Source: Paragordius varius
Lineage: Eukaryota; Animalia; Nematomorpha
DNA length: 64,000 nucleotides
Direction of reading: 5' to 3'
NCBI GenBank assembly: GCA_964247055.1
Contig: OZ176053.1
Location: 10,788,001 to 10,852,000, forward strand
Below, piece after piece: positions 52,401 to 64,000 of the stretch (positions are counted from its first letter, which is position 1; each line of letters begins with the position of its first letter). The notes beneath the pieces are model-generated. The model was not told the origin of the DNA. It saw only the letters and a list, made by a program, of their open reading frames with translations, and did not search any database. A program made the translations under genes and the position numbers.

Positions 52401-53410
52401 AACAAATTGCGACTAATCCCAAAAGGTAGCTACTAGCTGATAAAAAATGCAATATAATTTGGTATTTTTGTGAGATATCCATATTTTTTTATATCTTTTC
52501 ATCTTATATATTTAAAATTAAGTACATGCCAAAAAATGATATTTTTAACTTTTATATGATTAGCTCAAATTATACATTACCACCGAATAACAATTTTGAA
52601 ATGGCTCAATCACGGATATTACGATCGCCGCCTGGGGAACCACATCAAAAACTTCGTCAATTTATTAAGTATTACTTAAACTTTTTTATTATTTGTGTCA
52701 ATTTTCTTTCTCACTATCATCCAAAATTTCCTCGACACATTATTAATTTATCACCTTTATAAGCTGTTTCCTTCCAAAGGAAGTAAGCGTGTTATAGTTT
52801 TCCATTCCTTTCTGTCTGCAGCTTTTTGTTTTATTGAGAAAGCTAGGTCTTTTTTAATAGTGGACTGCTAGGTTTTACGAGGCCCTTTTTTATTGGTTGA
52901 ATATGATTGCATAAGATTTATCCAGTTTGTTTCTTGGGCTCTTGGATGTGACCACCCCAACGTAAACGGACGGATATTAATTGGTGTTATTTTTAAGGTT
53001 TGATAGGGGCGAATTAATTTGGATTAAAAATTATTTTAATATCAACCTTGATATAGACATCCCGATGACACCTCGTATGTTTTATCATCAAAAAGTATAA
53101 TAAACACAAACTCCAAATTTACCGATTCGACCGATCGCAATCAAGCAGGGCAAGAAGAAAATTTTTATTCGAGTATTAGTGAAACCCTTAACTTTCCAAA
53201 TGAAACAACTGCTCTTACGTTTAATAAGGGAGAACATCCAAAAACCTTTAATACGGATGAAGATAAAATTTGCTCCGAAATGTTAACAGTGAGAGATAAA
53301 ATACACATGTTAGAAGCTGGGAAACGATCGAATCACGAAAAAAGCAATCACAATTTGGAGGAAATGATTGGAAAGTTGGAACGTGATTTACACATACGGC
53401 CACAAAATGA

Positions 53411-53455
<45 letters not shown>

Positions 53456-56400
53456 ATTAATTATAAACACTTTTCAGTTTAAACCGATTCAAAAATCTAT
53501 GATACAACATATTTTTTGTTTCTTTATTTTCTATCACTTATTTTTAAGGATAATTTAATTTTTGCCATACTGATATAACCAATATATTATATTTAATTAA
53601 TGTATGAAATTTTATAGTCATTACCCTAATTCACCCAAATTTGGTCTCAAATCGGATAATAATTTAAACTTCTATCGCAACGGGACAAAAAGCGGTGAAC
53701 ACGCTCTCAACACATCTACATCAAGCCTGGTGTATTGTCAACAATGCAATGAACCTATTATGGAGCATGTAATATTTTAACTTAAAATCTGTTACCAGTG
53801 CAGTAAAAAATGAAATTATACGGACAAACCGTAAAAATATAAACACAATTTTTTTAAAAGACTAAATTTAAATCTTAATTTTTTTATATGACTCATTGTT
53901 TTAAACTGCAAAGTTTACAATGGAGATATATATTAGTAACACAATCAATTAAGTATTAAGCGAATGTAATTGGATGATTGTTATAGGATAAATTAAGTTT
54001 CAAAAAAGTATGGTTGTCTTTTGAAGAAAAATTGGTAGTTATATTTTTACCTTTTGTCCGTATAATTTCAATTTTTATTGTAATAAAAAATTTGTTAAAT
54101 GTATTATTTTAAATATCACAAATGGGGTGCCAGTTTGTGTTCTATTTGAAATATAAGACTTGTTTTGGTTGAAAATATGGTTAGAGTATTAAAAAACCAT
54201 GAATCAATTAACTACTATAATTTGATTGAAAATTTAAACATTTTAATGTCACAATTTGTAAAAGAAATCATCCAAAGTTTCTTTCGTAATAATTACAATC
54301 CAAAAAAATAATTGGAATATTTAAATTTTAATAGATCTTGATTTAACACACTCTTAATAATATAAAAATGTTTTTTATATCAGTCAATCCATGCTTTGGG
54401 ATACGATTGGCACCCTGAACATTTTGTGTGCGTTTACTGTAAAAAAGAAATTGGAACTGCCAACTTTTTTGAATATCAAGGCCAGCCGTGGTGCGAAAAC
54501 GATTATCACTCCAAATTTTCACCCAAGTGTGCAGATTGTGGGGAACCTATTTTAGAGGTCTTTTACCCCTTAAATGCAGTTTTTTACTTATTGAAACTAT
54601 TGGGCAATATATTTAGTATTTAACAGAGACCGTGAAATCGTTTTTGGTTCCGGATTCATTTATTATATAATAAATAGTTTCGACCAATTCTGGTTTCAAA
54701 GTTTTTGCTAAAATTTTGGTTAAGATTGCATTGTTATCGGTCAAAAGGGTTTGATTTCGGGTTCATTTTACTATATTTACTGCCCTAATTATTATTTTGA
54801 TATGATAAAAAATATTATTACATTAAAACAATATTTTGTATTATCTTAAAGATATAATTATATTACAATAAAAAATAATATTAACATTGTGCATTTGGAT
54901 AAAAATAAAAAAATAGGTAAAAGTTAAAATATATAAATTGAACCGTTTATATTTCCAAAAAGTTTCCTAAAAATGCTATGGTCGGATGCTATTCAGTAAA
55001 AACGGTTTCGCAAATCCATGGTTTTAAATACAATATGTATATATACTTATAAAATTTAATACATAACTATTTTTCATTACCTACTTAAAAAGAAATGTGT
55101 AACTGCCCTCGATCAAACTTGGCATCAAGAACATTTCAAATGTATGGGCGCGTGTGGAAGGCCATTTGAACCCGGGGAACCTTATCATGTTATTTCAGAT
55201 GCAGAATTGTTGGAAATCAAACAAAAACCACCTATTAATACAAATTTGGCATCTAAAATAAGTTCCAAACCCGATGATACTACTCTCGAAAAAATTAAAG
55301 TAATAAAATGTGCTTTTAATTTTAAAAGATCAAAATTTAACGAAACAATGGTATTTTTTTCATCAAAACTTTTGATTAAGTCTACAAAGGTATTAAAATT
55401 TATTAAAATATAAGAATTGAATTGTAAAAATAATTTCGAGAATCATTGATCAAATGTTTTTATATTAGAATAAATTTTAGTGCCTCAATTTTATTTTTTT
55501 CAGAAAATCATCCACGATTTATTGATCTATTCTTTTAAGATTTTAAAATAAGAAACCTAATAATATCATAATAATATTACACTAAATCTAAATTAATAAC
55601 ACATAATAAAATAATTAATTTGTACTTGTTAATGGTAAAACATATTCCCATTGGTGCATAAAAATAGAAATTTTATTATGTAAAGTGTATTTATTATCTA
55701 GATTACAAAAAAGTCGTTTCCATTCTCGTAATTAACACCTTAGATTTTATTATATTCTCAAAAATCTTATGACTTAAGCTAAATTGCCATGATAATATCT
55801 TTTATTTTTATGCGCGGATCGATAAATTTTTAGCTATTATCCATTTAATTATAATTTGTTGATTTTTATATCGTGGTTTTTCGTTTAAATTTTTTACACA
55901 TTTTTAAGGTATTATATCCATTTTGTCGGGAAGATTATTATGCAATGTTTGCGCCGAGGTGTCGGGCTTGCTCAAATCCAATCCTAGAGAATTTTGTATC
56001 TGCCCTGGATGCAAAATGGCATCCTGACTGTTTCGTCTGCAAGGTAATTTTGTGTTCATTTATTTTATATCTAATTTTTTTAAAGTTTTGTAATATTTGT
56101 TGACAAAAAATGGATTTAACTTTTTGGTACCTTTAATACTTTTGATATTTGGTAATATTAACTTATAATTTTATTAAATTTTTACGATAATTTATTGCAC
56201 TGGATCTTATTATGGTAAATTAAGCTTGTTGGATATGAAAAAAAATGATGTTTATTATATAAACTGTAAATTTTATTTTTCCCAATACACTAAACTTTTA
56301 TTCCCTACCCCAAATTAATTTATTCAACCAAAATTTATGTTTATTTAACAATAGGATTGTCACATGCCGTTTGGCAAAGGCTCATTCTATGAATGTCGCG

Positions 56401-56801
56401 ATTCCTATTACAGCGGTAATGAGGGTGATGGAACCGAAGTGGTTAGCGTCCAATCGTGGCCCGTTTGTCAAACGCATTATGAGTTGAGACGTCGTTCAGG
56501 CGGTAGTATAACCGGTGTTGGTAACATAGGTGGGCGAGGGACACCCAATGGTTCAAATTTCAATAATTTATCAGCTTCTGGGAATAATGTGCCCTCTTCG
56601 ACCGGCAATACATTTGGATGTGGTCATTGTTTCGCTTGTGGTAAACCCATAAGCCCAGGAGCGAAATGTGTAACGGCCCTACATAAAAAATTTCATCCAC
56701 ACCATTTTGTATGCGCTTTTTGCCTTAAACAACTCACTGGCACGTTCAAGGAAGTCCGTGGCAAACCTTATTGCCACGCTTGTTTTGATAAATTGGTGTA
56801 A
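49479..56801 (+). CDS. PXN: Paxillin family focal-adhesion adaptor (LD motifs plus four LIM domains); the short first exon was not located
   Basis: Exons 49479-49579 ([10 protein letters not shown]1-like), 51689-52037 (DLLLELNS), 52296-52425 (EHLLAELND), 52564-52668, 53057-53410 ([14 protein letters not shown]5-like), 53618-53768, 54384-54557, 55093-55299, 55909-56043, 56355-56801. LIM motifs [90 protein letters not shown]. Confidence 0.94.
51128..51408 (+). mobile_element. hAT MITE in a paxillin intron
   Basis: Starts CAAGGGTGTCCAAC and ends GGGCCGCATGTTGGCCTCTC; CTCTAAAA(C) is duplicated on both flanks (51120 and 51409). Confidence 0.7.
52757..52980 (-). mobile_element. 3'-terminal fragment of a LINE ORF2
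   Basis: Minus-strand translation RLRWGGHI...KKDL...[10 protein letters not shown], typical of the C-terminus of RTE/CR1-like ORF2; one in-frame stop. Confidence 0.6.
53412..53451. repeat. (TA)20 microsatellite starting at a splice donor
   Basis: ...AATGA|GTATATATA...; perfect TA run. Confidence 0.95.
54624..55025. mobile_element. Degenerate AACCG/GGTT-rich hAT-like MITE; similar-looking remnants near 6340-6500, 9540-9720, 39440-39540 and 59130-59225
   Basis: Clusters of AAACCG/CGGTTT/GGTTCC motifs and CAGAGA/CAGGGA-type ends; TIRs are poorly conserved. Confidence 0.35.
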
Positions 56802-58350
56802 AAATGAGTTTTACTTTAGAAATTTAGTTTAGAATACCTCAGTAAAGAAATTCTTTATGCGTTTTCAAATAAATAACTTATTACCACATATGCAAACTCA
56901 ACTTTTTATTGCATTTTCCCCAATTAAAGCGGACCATTTGCTATTTTATACATATATATATATATATATATATGCTTTTGCATTTATCTATTTATAATTT
57001 TGATACAATTTATAAGTTAAATAATACACCCAATATCTTGCGCTCGCATTATTTAAATATTCAATTTTATTGTTAATGCTTCAAATTTATTCCAAGTTAT
57101 AAATATCGATATATACATTTTAGCATTTTAAAATTCATTCGTATATTTTGATTTCTGCGTAAAAACATAATATCAAGTTTTTTACAGGTTTTTAGGGTTT
57201 GAAAATCCTGCTTTTATATGTTTTGGTTCACTTGTTAAGGATTCAATTTGGATAAGTTAATGAAGTTGCTATAAATTAACTGTACTAACCGCTTTTATGC
57301 ACCGGGACAAGATTTTAACATAAATAAATCTGTCTCAAATTTTTTTCTAAAGTCACCTTTAATGTATCGTTTTAATCGGGTATACAGTTTGAATAGACCT
57401 AATTAAATTATCAATGTTATTAATTTATAAAATAAAAAATATTATTTGCCCTTTGGATATCCAAAATCAACTAATTATTTAAAATTATTTTAAATTTTAC
57501 TATTTTTAAATATATCTGAACTATATGTAAAAAAACAAAATATATAAATTCTTCTATTGGTCAACTTTTTTGTTGTTAAAATTAATTAAATATATTATAG
57601 CTTTCAATAATATGCCAAATTTTCAAGACTATATTTGTTACATTATCAGGAAAAGACGATAAAATTGATTATCGAAGTATTAAAAACTGGGAATAACTTT
57701 CTCGAGAGTTAATTTGGCGATTTTACAATTTGAATCTATAAAAAGATGGGAATGAACTGTAAGCTGATCAAATGTATTTTAAATTATGGCCATTTGTAGA
57801 TTTTGTTTTACGATATACAATGTTAATAAGCCAGTTTTAATCATTACATTGTTGAATATCATTATTTATATAAAGGTTTTCAGTATTTTTGAATGAGCAT
57901 GATCTATTTTTCACTCATATGGAATATATAAAAGATTGTAATAGAAAATTAAAACAATAAGTTTCTCAGTATCAAGTTATATAATCTGTATTCAAACTTT
58001 GGTCGATACTGAAACTATGTACAACAAAAATATCAAATAATCAAATTAAACAAGGAAAGGGTAAATCTTACAAATATTTAATTATACCATGAAGCTAATT
58101 ACATTAGAAAAGTTTTTCTGAAATATTAAACAATGAATGATTAGCTTATATACACTCCAATAAAAATAAGGATTTTACTTGGTATATCATAATAGCAAAT
58201 ATGTTGGCAAGAATACATTATTGGCCAAGCGACAAATTAATAGTTACAGAATTAATTAAATAAACCATCTTAAATATTGTCAACGGACAATTTGTTTGAA
58301 CTTATCACTTATACATTGTGTGGGTGACGACGAAGGGTTGTTAAATAAAA

Positions 58351-58617
58351 TTCGTATTAACGTCGTGAATAATGAAGAAAAAAAATAAATTTTCTAAACT
58401 CAAATTTTCGCCCAATGGCATCATTAGTTGCAGAAAGAATAAACTTAATATAATGTACAACAAAGAAATAAACAAAATGAAATTAAATGCGTGACAACTC
58501 AATAATTTTGTTGTACATTATTTTAAATTTATTCTTTTAACAACTCTTGATGATGTTACATTTGAGTTTTTAATAAATTCATTTTTATTTCTTTCATTAT
58601 TCACAACGTTTAAACGA
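58351..58617. mobile_element. Palindromic MITE-like element
   Basis: Outer inverted repeat AACGTCGTGAATAATGAAG / CTTTCATTATTCACAACGTT; inner inverted repeat TAATGTACAAC (58451) / GTTGTACATTA (58510). Confidence 0.65.
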
Positions 58618-59389
58618 AACATCACTTCTAAACTAAAAATATTTATAGAATAAGCTCGTTTAATTAAATTACATCACATATTAAAAATTAGGTTTTTCAA
58701 GCCAGGCTCGAATCTATTGTTAAAAATATATTTGCTAATGATGATATTTATTCCATTTGTCTCATAAAATAGGAGAAATATAGAATATAAAAATATAAAA
58801 TTTGTATAATAACAATACTTAAAAATTTGTTGGTGGTGAAAGAAATACTGAGTGATTCACCATTAGTAACAGAAATGAATAATAAAAATTAAAACCGTCA
58901 AACAAAATAAAGCAAAACGTATTTTTATATTATATTAAATTATCCAACGTATAGTCTACTATAAGTCCTAAAAGTATTTCGTTAGTTATATTATATATGC
59001 TTTATATAAGCTTCGATACTTAGATTTGAATGAAAATTAGTTTTTTAATACATCAAGATCATTCAAAAAATGGGAATTTCATGTCAAACTCGCGTAAAAA
59101 ACAAATGATAAATATTAAAAAGTCATTTTATCAGAATCAAAAACCGCTGTTGTGGTTCCTTTTTCGTTTTCAGACATGTTTATTTGAAACGGGAAACTAA
59201 TTCCAGTTCAACAAAACCAGTTTAAATATAACTCAGGGCATATTATAAATAAAGTGTTGAATAATAAATATTGAGTATTTATATAAAAAGTATTAATTTA
59301 AATTAATGACAATACTACATAATTTCGTTGAAAAATAAAGCTAAAGAAAGGTTGGTTATCTAATTAAGCATTTTAATTATAACATTTAA

Positions 59390-60470
59390 CCAAATGCAAA
59401 AATTTTTCAAGCAAAGTCAACATTTGTTCAAGCAAGGACAACATTAAAGCAAACACAACATTCCTTCAACCAAAGAACATTTTTTCAAGCAATTTTTTAA
59501 ATAAAAAACAGTTTTTTTATATTTCAAATTAATTAGTAGGTATCTATTTAATTTTACGTTAATATAATTAGATTCTAGCGTTGAATCATGATTTTTATCG
59601 TTTTATCGTCAATAATTGATGGTAAATTGATTGATTTCAAACATTTTAATTTTGCCCATAAAATCATTTAATTATTTTTTCAATTTATACAATTTTGACC
59701 TCAAGAGAGTAATTGAACATTTAAAGTTGGTTATTGAACAATTCAAGTTGGTCCTTCAATATTTTAATTTTGATTTTAGAAGCAATTTATCCTATATAGA
59801 GGATAATCTCTTATTTTAACCTAAACCCCTTAATAAATACCAATTTTTTTTTCACAAAAACGGTATCATTATTTTTTTTATATGTCTATATTATAAATAT
59901 CTAAGTTTTGTGGATTAGGGATGGTTAAATATAATAGTTTAAAATATTGTTAATTTAAAAAAAGTTAGTTCAATACAAATAAAATTGTGTTTAAAATGAA
60001 ATTATTAATTTTGAATTAAAATAAACTAATAACTAAAGATAATAGGTTAAATAATAATTAATAAAAATAACGGTTGTATGCCAATTGCAAAAAATGTATG
60101 GACCAAAGTGTTTAAGGACCAATTTTTCAAGGACACTCTTGAAGTACAAATTGTATAAATTGATCATAGGTGAAACTAAAGTTGTAAAGGAAAAAAATAA
60201 CTAACAAATGCAATTTATGGGCAAAATTAAAGTGTTTAAAAATTAATTTACCATAAAATATTGATAAAACGTTAAAAATATAATTCACTAAAATTTGTTT
60301 ATATTAATTTAAAATTAAATGAATACTAAATAATTAAATTGTCATCAAATAAAAAAAAATGTTTTTAATTTTAAAGAAAATTGTTGATTTGGCTTCAAAA
60401 AACGTTGTCTTTGGTTAAAAAATGTTTCGTTTGCTTGAAAAAAAAACGTTTAAATTGTTTTTGCATGAAA
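59390..60470. mobile_element. Foldback-like element with inverted arms made of repeats of about 20 bp; hosts a nested MITE
   Basis: TTCAAGCAAAG..AACATT repeats at 59405-59490 are mirrored by AATGTT..TTTGCTTGAA repeats at 60385-60445. Confidence 0.55.
59690..60153. mobile_element. Tc1/mariner-type MITE with TA TSD and 21-bp subterminal repeats
   Basis: TA|CAATTTTGACCTCAAGAGAGT ... ACACTCTTGAAGTACAAATTG|TA (17 of 21 TIR match); AAGTTGGTCCTT units shared with 31153-31752. Confidence 0.75.
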
Positions 60471-60810
60471 AATGGTATACCTAAAACAATATTTAAAATG
60501 ATCTGTCTGCTATTGTATCCATTTAAATATAAAATGTATTGAAATTTATCGTTTTAAACATCATATTTTTAATTAGTTATACTTTCCCAAGGGCTGATGT
60601 AAGGCAAACGAAATTCAGACATATTGGTGTATATAAATCATATTTCAAAATCATATACTAAACACTTATAATCTAAAATCCGCCTTTGCTAAATTATTTT
60701 TATATCAAAATATTTATTCGAATAGAATAATAACTTATAATTTTAAATATTATATAATTGGGTGTAGAGATGGATCACATAATACAGGAAACAATAGCCT
60801 TTATCTAAAA

Positions 60811-63362
60811 TTACACTACAATATCTACGGGGTATTTATCTGATGTATCCTTCGTTGCTATGGTAACAACATTTGAGTCTAGGCCTTGTTCGGATAATGC
60901 ATTTTGAATTGAACGGTTTTTAGAGATGGTTGGTGTCTTTAATGTATTACTATTTAATTTATCATCTCCCGGTGATATTAATGGCACATTTCTTTTTGGA
61001 TCTGATTTCACATCAGCTGCGTTTATGTGTTTAACCAAACTATCTAAAAAATGCATACCATAATTAGTTATTTTACAAAAGAGTAAAATATATATAATAA
61101 ACCTTAAAAACTCTTAATTAAAGTCATTTACTTTGCGTTTTATAAACCATATAATTAAGAATATAGATATTACATATGAATACAAAAAAATTAATTGGCT
61201 AACTTTTAGTATTTGCCAATTTAGAGCAAATCAACTCCGATCGCGAATCTAATTGGGGTAAATCGCTAATGAGTTGATTATCAGTTTTATTAACGGTAAT
61301 GTTGGAATCATTAAATGTATCACCTTCATTTTGTACTGTATATGTTAAGTTTTTTGAAGTTAAATCGATATTATCATTATTGGTATTATCTGGATGGGTA
61401 GCAGCAGAATTTTCAATGGGTATAGAAAATGATTGGGATGTTGACCTTATGCGTAGAATATTGTGCAAAAAATTTCGAACTCTATCATTTCCTCCCGTCA
61501 AATAATTATTGGATAAATTTCTTACATGGGAAGTAAATGGATTATTTCTCATAAACCTTGGTATCCGAAAACCTAAATTGTTTCTAGTTTCGTGTGATGT
61601 AGATGTGGTCTGAGCAGAACTATGCCTCGGGTAATTATAATTGTGTTGATGAAAATCGAAGGGAAAAGCAGCTTGCTGTTGTCGATTCATAAAACTGTCA
61701 TTGTAAAGATCGGAAAAAATGTGTGGATAATATGGATAGTGATCGTTTGTCCGTCGATTTCGTTGGAATCGATTCCGAATATTTCGTCCGACGGTTCGCT
61801 GAGACCTAAGTTATTTGGTACAAAATTTATAAATGTAAAAAGTCATATGAATTTGTGATCCTAAATTATATTATGTCAGCGAATTATAACTTATATCTAT
61901 GTCATATAAACCTAATATTAATTACTGGCAGTCAAAAACGAAAGCCTCTTGTTAAAATAAATAGGGTTTAAAAGAGTATCAGCGCATAATAACCTCTAAT
62001 TTAATTTAAAGTTTATTCAAAAAATATATTTGAATAAACTCACAAAGTCATGGGAAAATTAAAAACGTGATTAATGATTTGGTGAATTCCGTATTGTTTA
62101 TAAAATGCAAACATTACTTTAAAAAATTGTAAACCAATTGATCGATTTATTTCCCATAAAGTAAACGGTACAAGAAAATCCAATAATCCGCTTATAATTA
62201 ACGCTTTGTGCCAGTAAATGTTTAAAGTTATTTCAAGTAAAAAGGAATATTTGAAACCCTAAAACCTAAAAAATCAAAATCTAAATTTCCATATTTCACA
62301 ATTTTAGTTATATAATTTTTATAAAATATAAGGCACTATTGCTAATTTTATAAAAAATGACATAAGTTAATTAAAGGACCACCTAAAAAGCTTCAACTTT
62401 TCCACGTTTTCCTGTGCTGAATAATAATTTTAATTTTTATCCGTAATTTAACAAATAATTAAATGTATACCTAAATCTATTGGTAGCAGCAAGACCAAAC
62501 TGACGTCTTCGTACTTGCATGGTATAAAAGATATTGTCTATAAAGTTTCGCCGAGCCCTTTGCAATTGTTTTACGCGGTGTTTTGCATTTTCGGCATCTA
62601 AATCAAACTTGGACGGATCCAATCCATACATAGCGTCCGGATGCATATTTAAAGTTCCCATGGAAACTAGGGTACATCCCAAGGCTAAGCCAGACGCCCC
62701 ATAAGGTGTTAGTGGAGATGCACAATGCAACTTACTACTGTTTGAGTGGCTATTATCTAAAAAGAGTTTTTTGCATTCAAATAAAATTATGATAAGCTAT
62801 AGAAAGAATATATTATAACAATTATTAAAATTAAAAGATGTCAACTTTTTTATCATTTTTATAATAGAAAACAATTAACTTTGCTGTCATTTGTATTCCT
62901 ATGTTTCTACAATTAAACATTGATATTTTTATCGTTATATATTTACGTATTTAAAAATATTTATGAAGAGTGAATATAAAATCAGAATATTCTAATTAAA
63001 ACATATATACCATTTACAGTTCAAACCTTGAATATTTCCTCTCAAAAAATTCAAAACCCTAAAATAAAGTTATGTGTTTTTGAACTAATTAATTATTAAT
63101 ATAAAAAATATATCTTTTTGGCATAGTTTATTATTTTTTTAATCTTAAAAAACAGTAATTTATTCGAGGGTGATTTTGAATTGTTCGAGGGTGAATTTAA
63201 ATTCAAGGGTGAATTTGAATTGTAAATGGTATATTTTTAGATAAAAATAATTTTGTTGATAGAGAAACCCGTATTTGTAGATGGTAATTTAACGATAACG
63301 GATAAAACGGCTGATGTTTCATCCAATAATGGCTCGATTGCAATGGGTGTTGGCCTGTTTCT
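60811..63362 (-). CDS. ATRN: Last four exons of an attractin / attractin-like (Drosophila distracted) membrane protein: cytoplasmic tail
   Basis: Exons 63269-63362, 62471-62756, 61204-61805 and 60811-61043, phase-consistent. PTPIAIEPLLDETSAVLSVIVKLPS...PYGASGLALGCTLV matches the recalled attractin motif PKPIALEPCFGNKAAVLSVFVRLP...PPGQSGLAVASALV. The gene continues beyond the window. Confidence 0.85.
63163..63223. repeat. Three tandem units of about 20 bp (TTCGAGGGTGAATTTGAATTG); dispersed copies near 26130-26180 and 36652-36685
   Basis: Direct reading. Confidence 0.7.
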
Positions 63363-63529
63363 CTAACATTTGAAAATCGAGCATTATAAATAAGCAATAT
63401 AAATGTGTTGTTTTTTCGTAAATTTAAACTAAAAGTAACCATAGCATATATATATTTTGAGCAATATAAATAAACTAATTTGTTAACTAACATTAAATCA
63501 AAGTTTATAAAAATAAACATAATTAAAAA

Positions 63530-63998
63530 TTATTTCAGCCCATGGTTCTCTAGGCAGATTTTCCATGTTCTAAATTTGTTTGACATATTTTCAATTGAAA
63601 AATCTGTTAGAACAATGTCATCCGCGAAAATTAACTCCCAGGGCGGTTGGGTAGATATGTTTTTTGTGATACAGTATAATATTATAATGAATAGTAATAG
63701 ACTAAGTACAGACCCTTGGTGTAGGCCAGTGTTTGTCTTAAAAGGTTCCGTGTCTTCTATTTAGGTGCGTACCATTGTGGTTGTATTTCATAAAAAGTAG
63801 TATTATTTCTATTAGATATTCTTTGATATAATTTTGTCTTAAGGCCCATTTGATTGTTGCTCTAGGGATTTTATCAAAAGCTTTCTCCAGGTCTAGAAAG
63901 ATGTGAAAAAAGTTTTTGATTTTTTGAAAGTTATTTTTCCTGTAGTTGCCTGATAATGAAGATGGCATCTGTAGTGCTGTGTTTTTTACGAAACGCAA
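63530..63998 (-). pseudogene. RTE-clade LINE reverse transcriptase fragment, frameshifted, in an attractin intron
   Basis: FLDLEKAFDKIPRATIKWALR, then in shifted frames TGLHQGSVLS.LLFII, PPWELIFADDIVL and WKICLENHGLK. Confidence 0.88.
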
Positions 63999-64000
63999 AC

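Noticed and set aside
57650-58350. Possible decayed non-LTR reverse transcriptase (YKYL-like motif)
   Set aside because: Motifs are fragmentary and in different frames; not supportable without an HMM search.

Overview
Very AT-rich animal (metazoan) genomic DNA with spliceosomal introns; no prokaryotic features or CRISPR. The species cannot be assigned from this window. I rebuilt six protein-coding genes by hand with frame-consistent GT-AG junctions: (1) hyccin/FAM126 on the minus strand (ATG 15606), probably continuing through about 19 further exons to a stop at 804 (about 1,590 aa); (2) a TAO-family STE20 kinase (+, 23083-35827, 17 exons, about 2,030 aa); (3) a CHST11/HNK-1-type carbohydrate sulfotransferase (-, 37029-38661); (4) a BTB-BACK protein (+, 40541 to 44027 or 47919); (5) paxillin (+, 49479-56801, first exon unresolved); (6) the 3' end of an attractin-like gene (-, 60811-63362, continuing beyond the window). 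There is also one tRNA-Ile(AAT), a 2.26-kb decayed hAT/Buster transposon with a perfect 8-bp target-site duplication, several MITEs, LINE remnants and a head-to-head pair of Helitron-like elements carrying a satellite of about 157 bp. The most striking observation is a tight class of ultra-short 22-25-nt GT-AG introns (three in hyccin, a probable fourth in the sulfotransferase) alongside ordinary introns of 58 nt to over 2 kb, while the proteins are inflated by long low-complexity insertions. Homology calls rest on motifs recalled from the known families, not on database searches.
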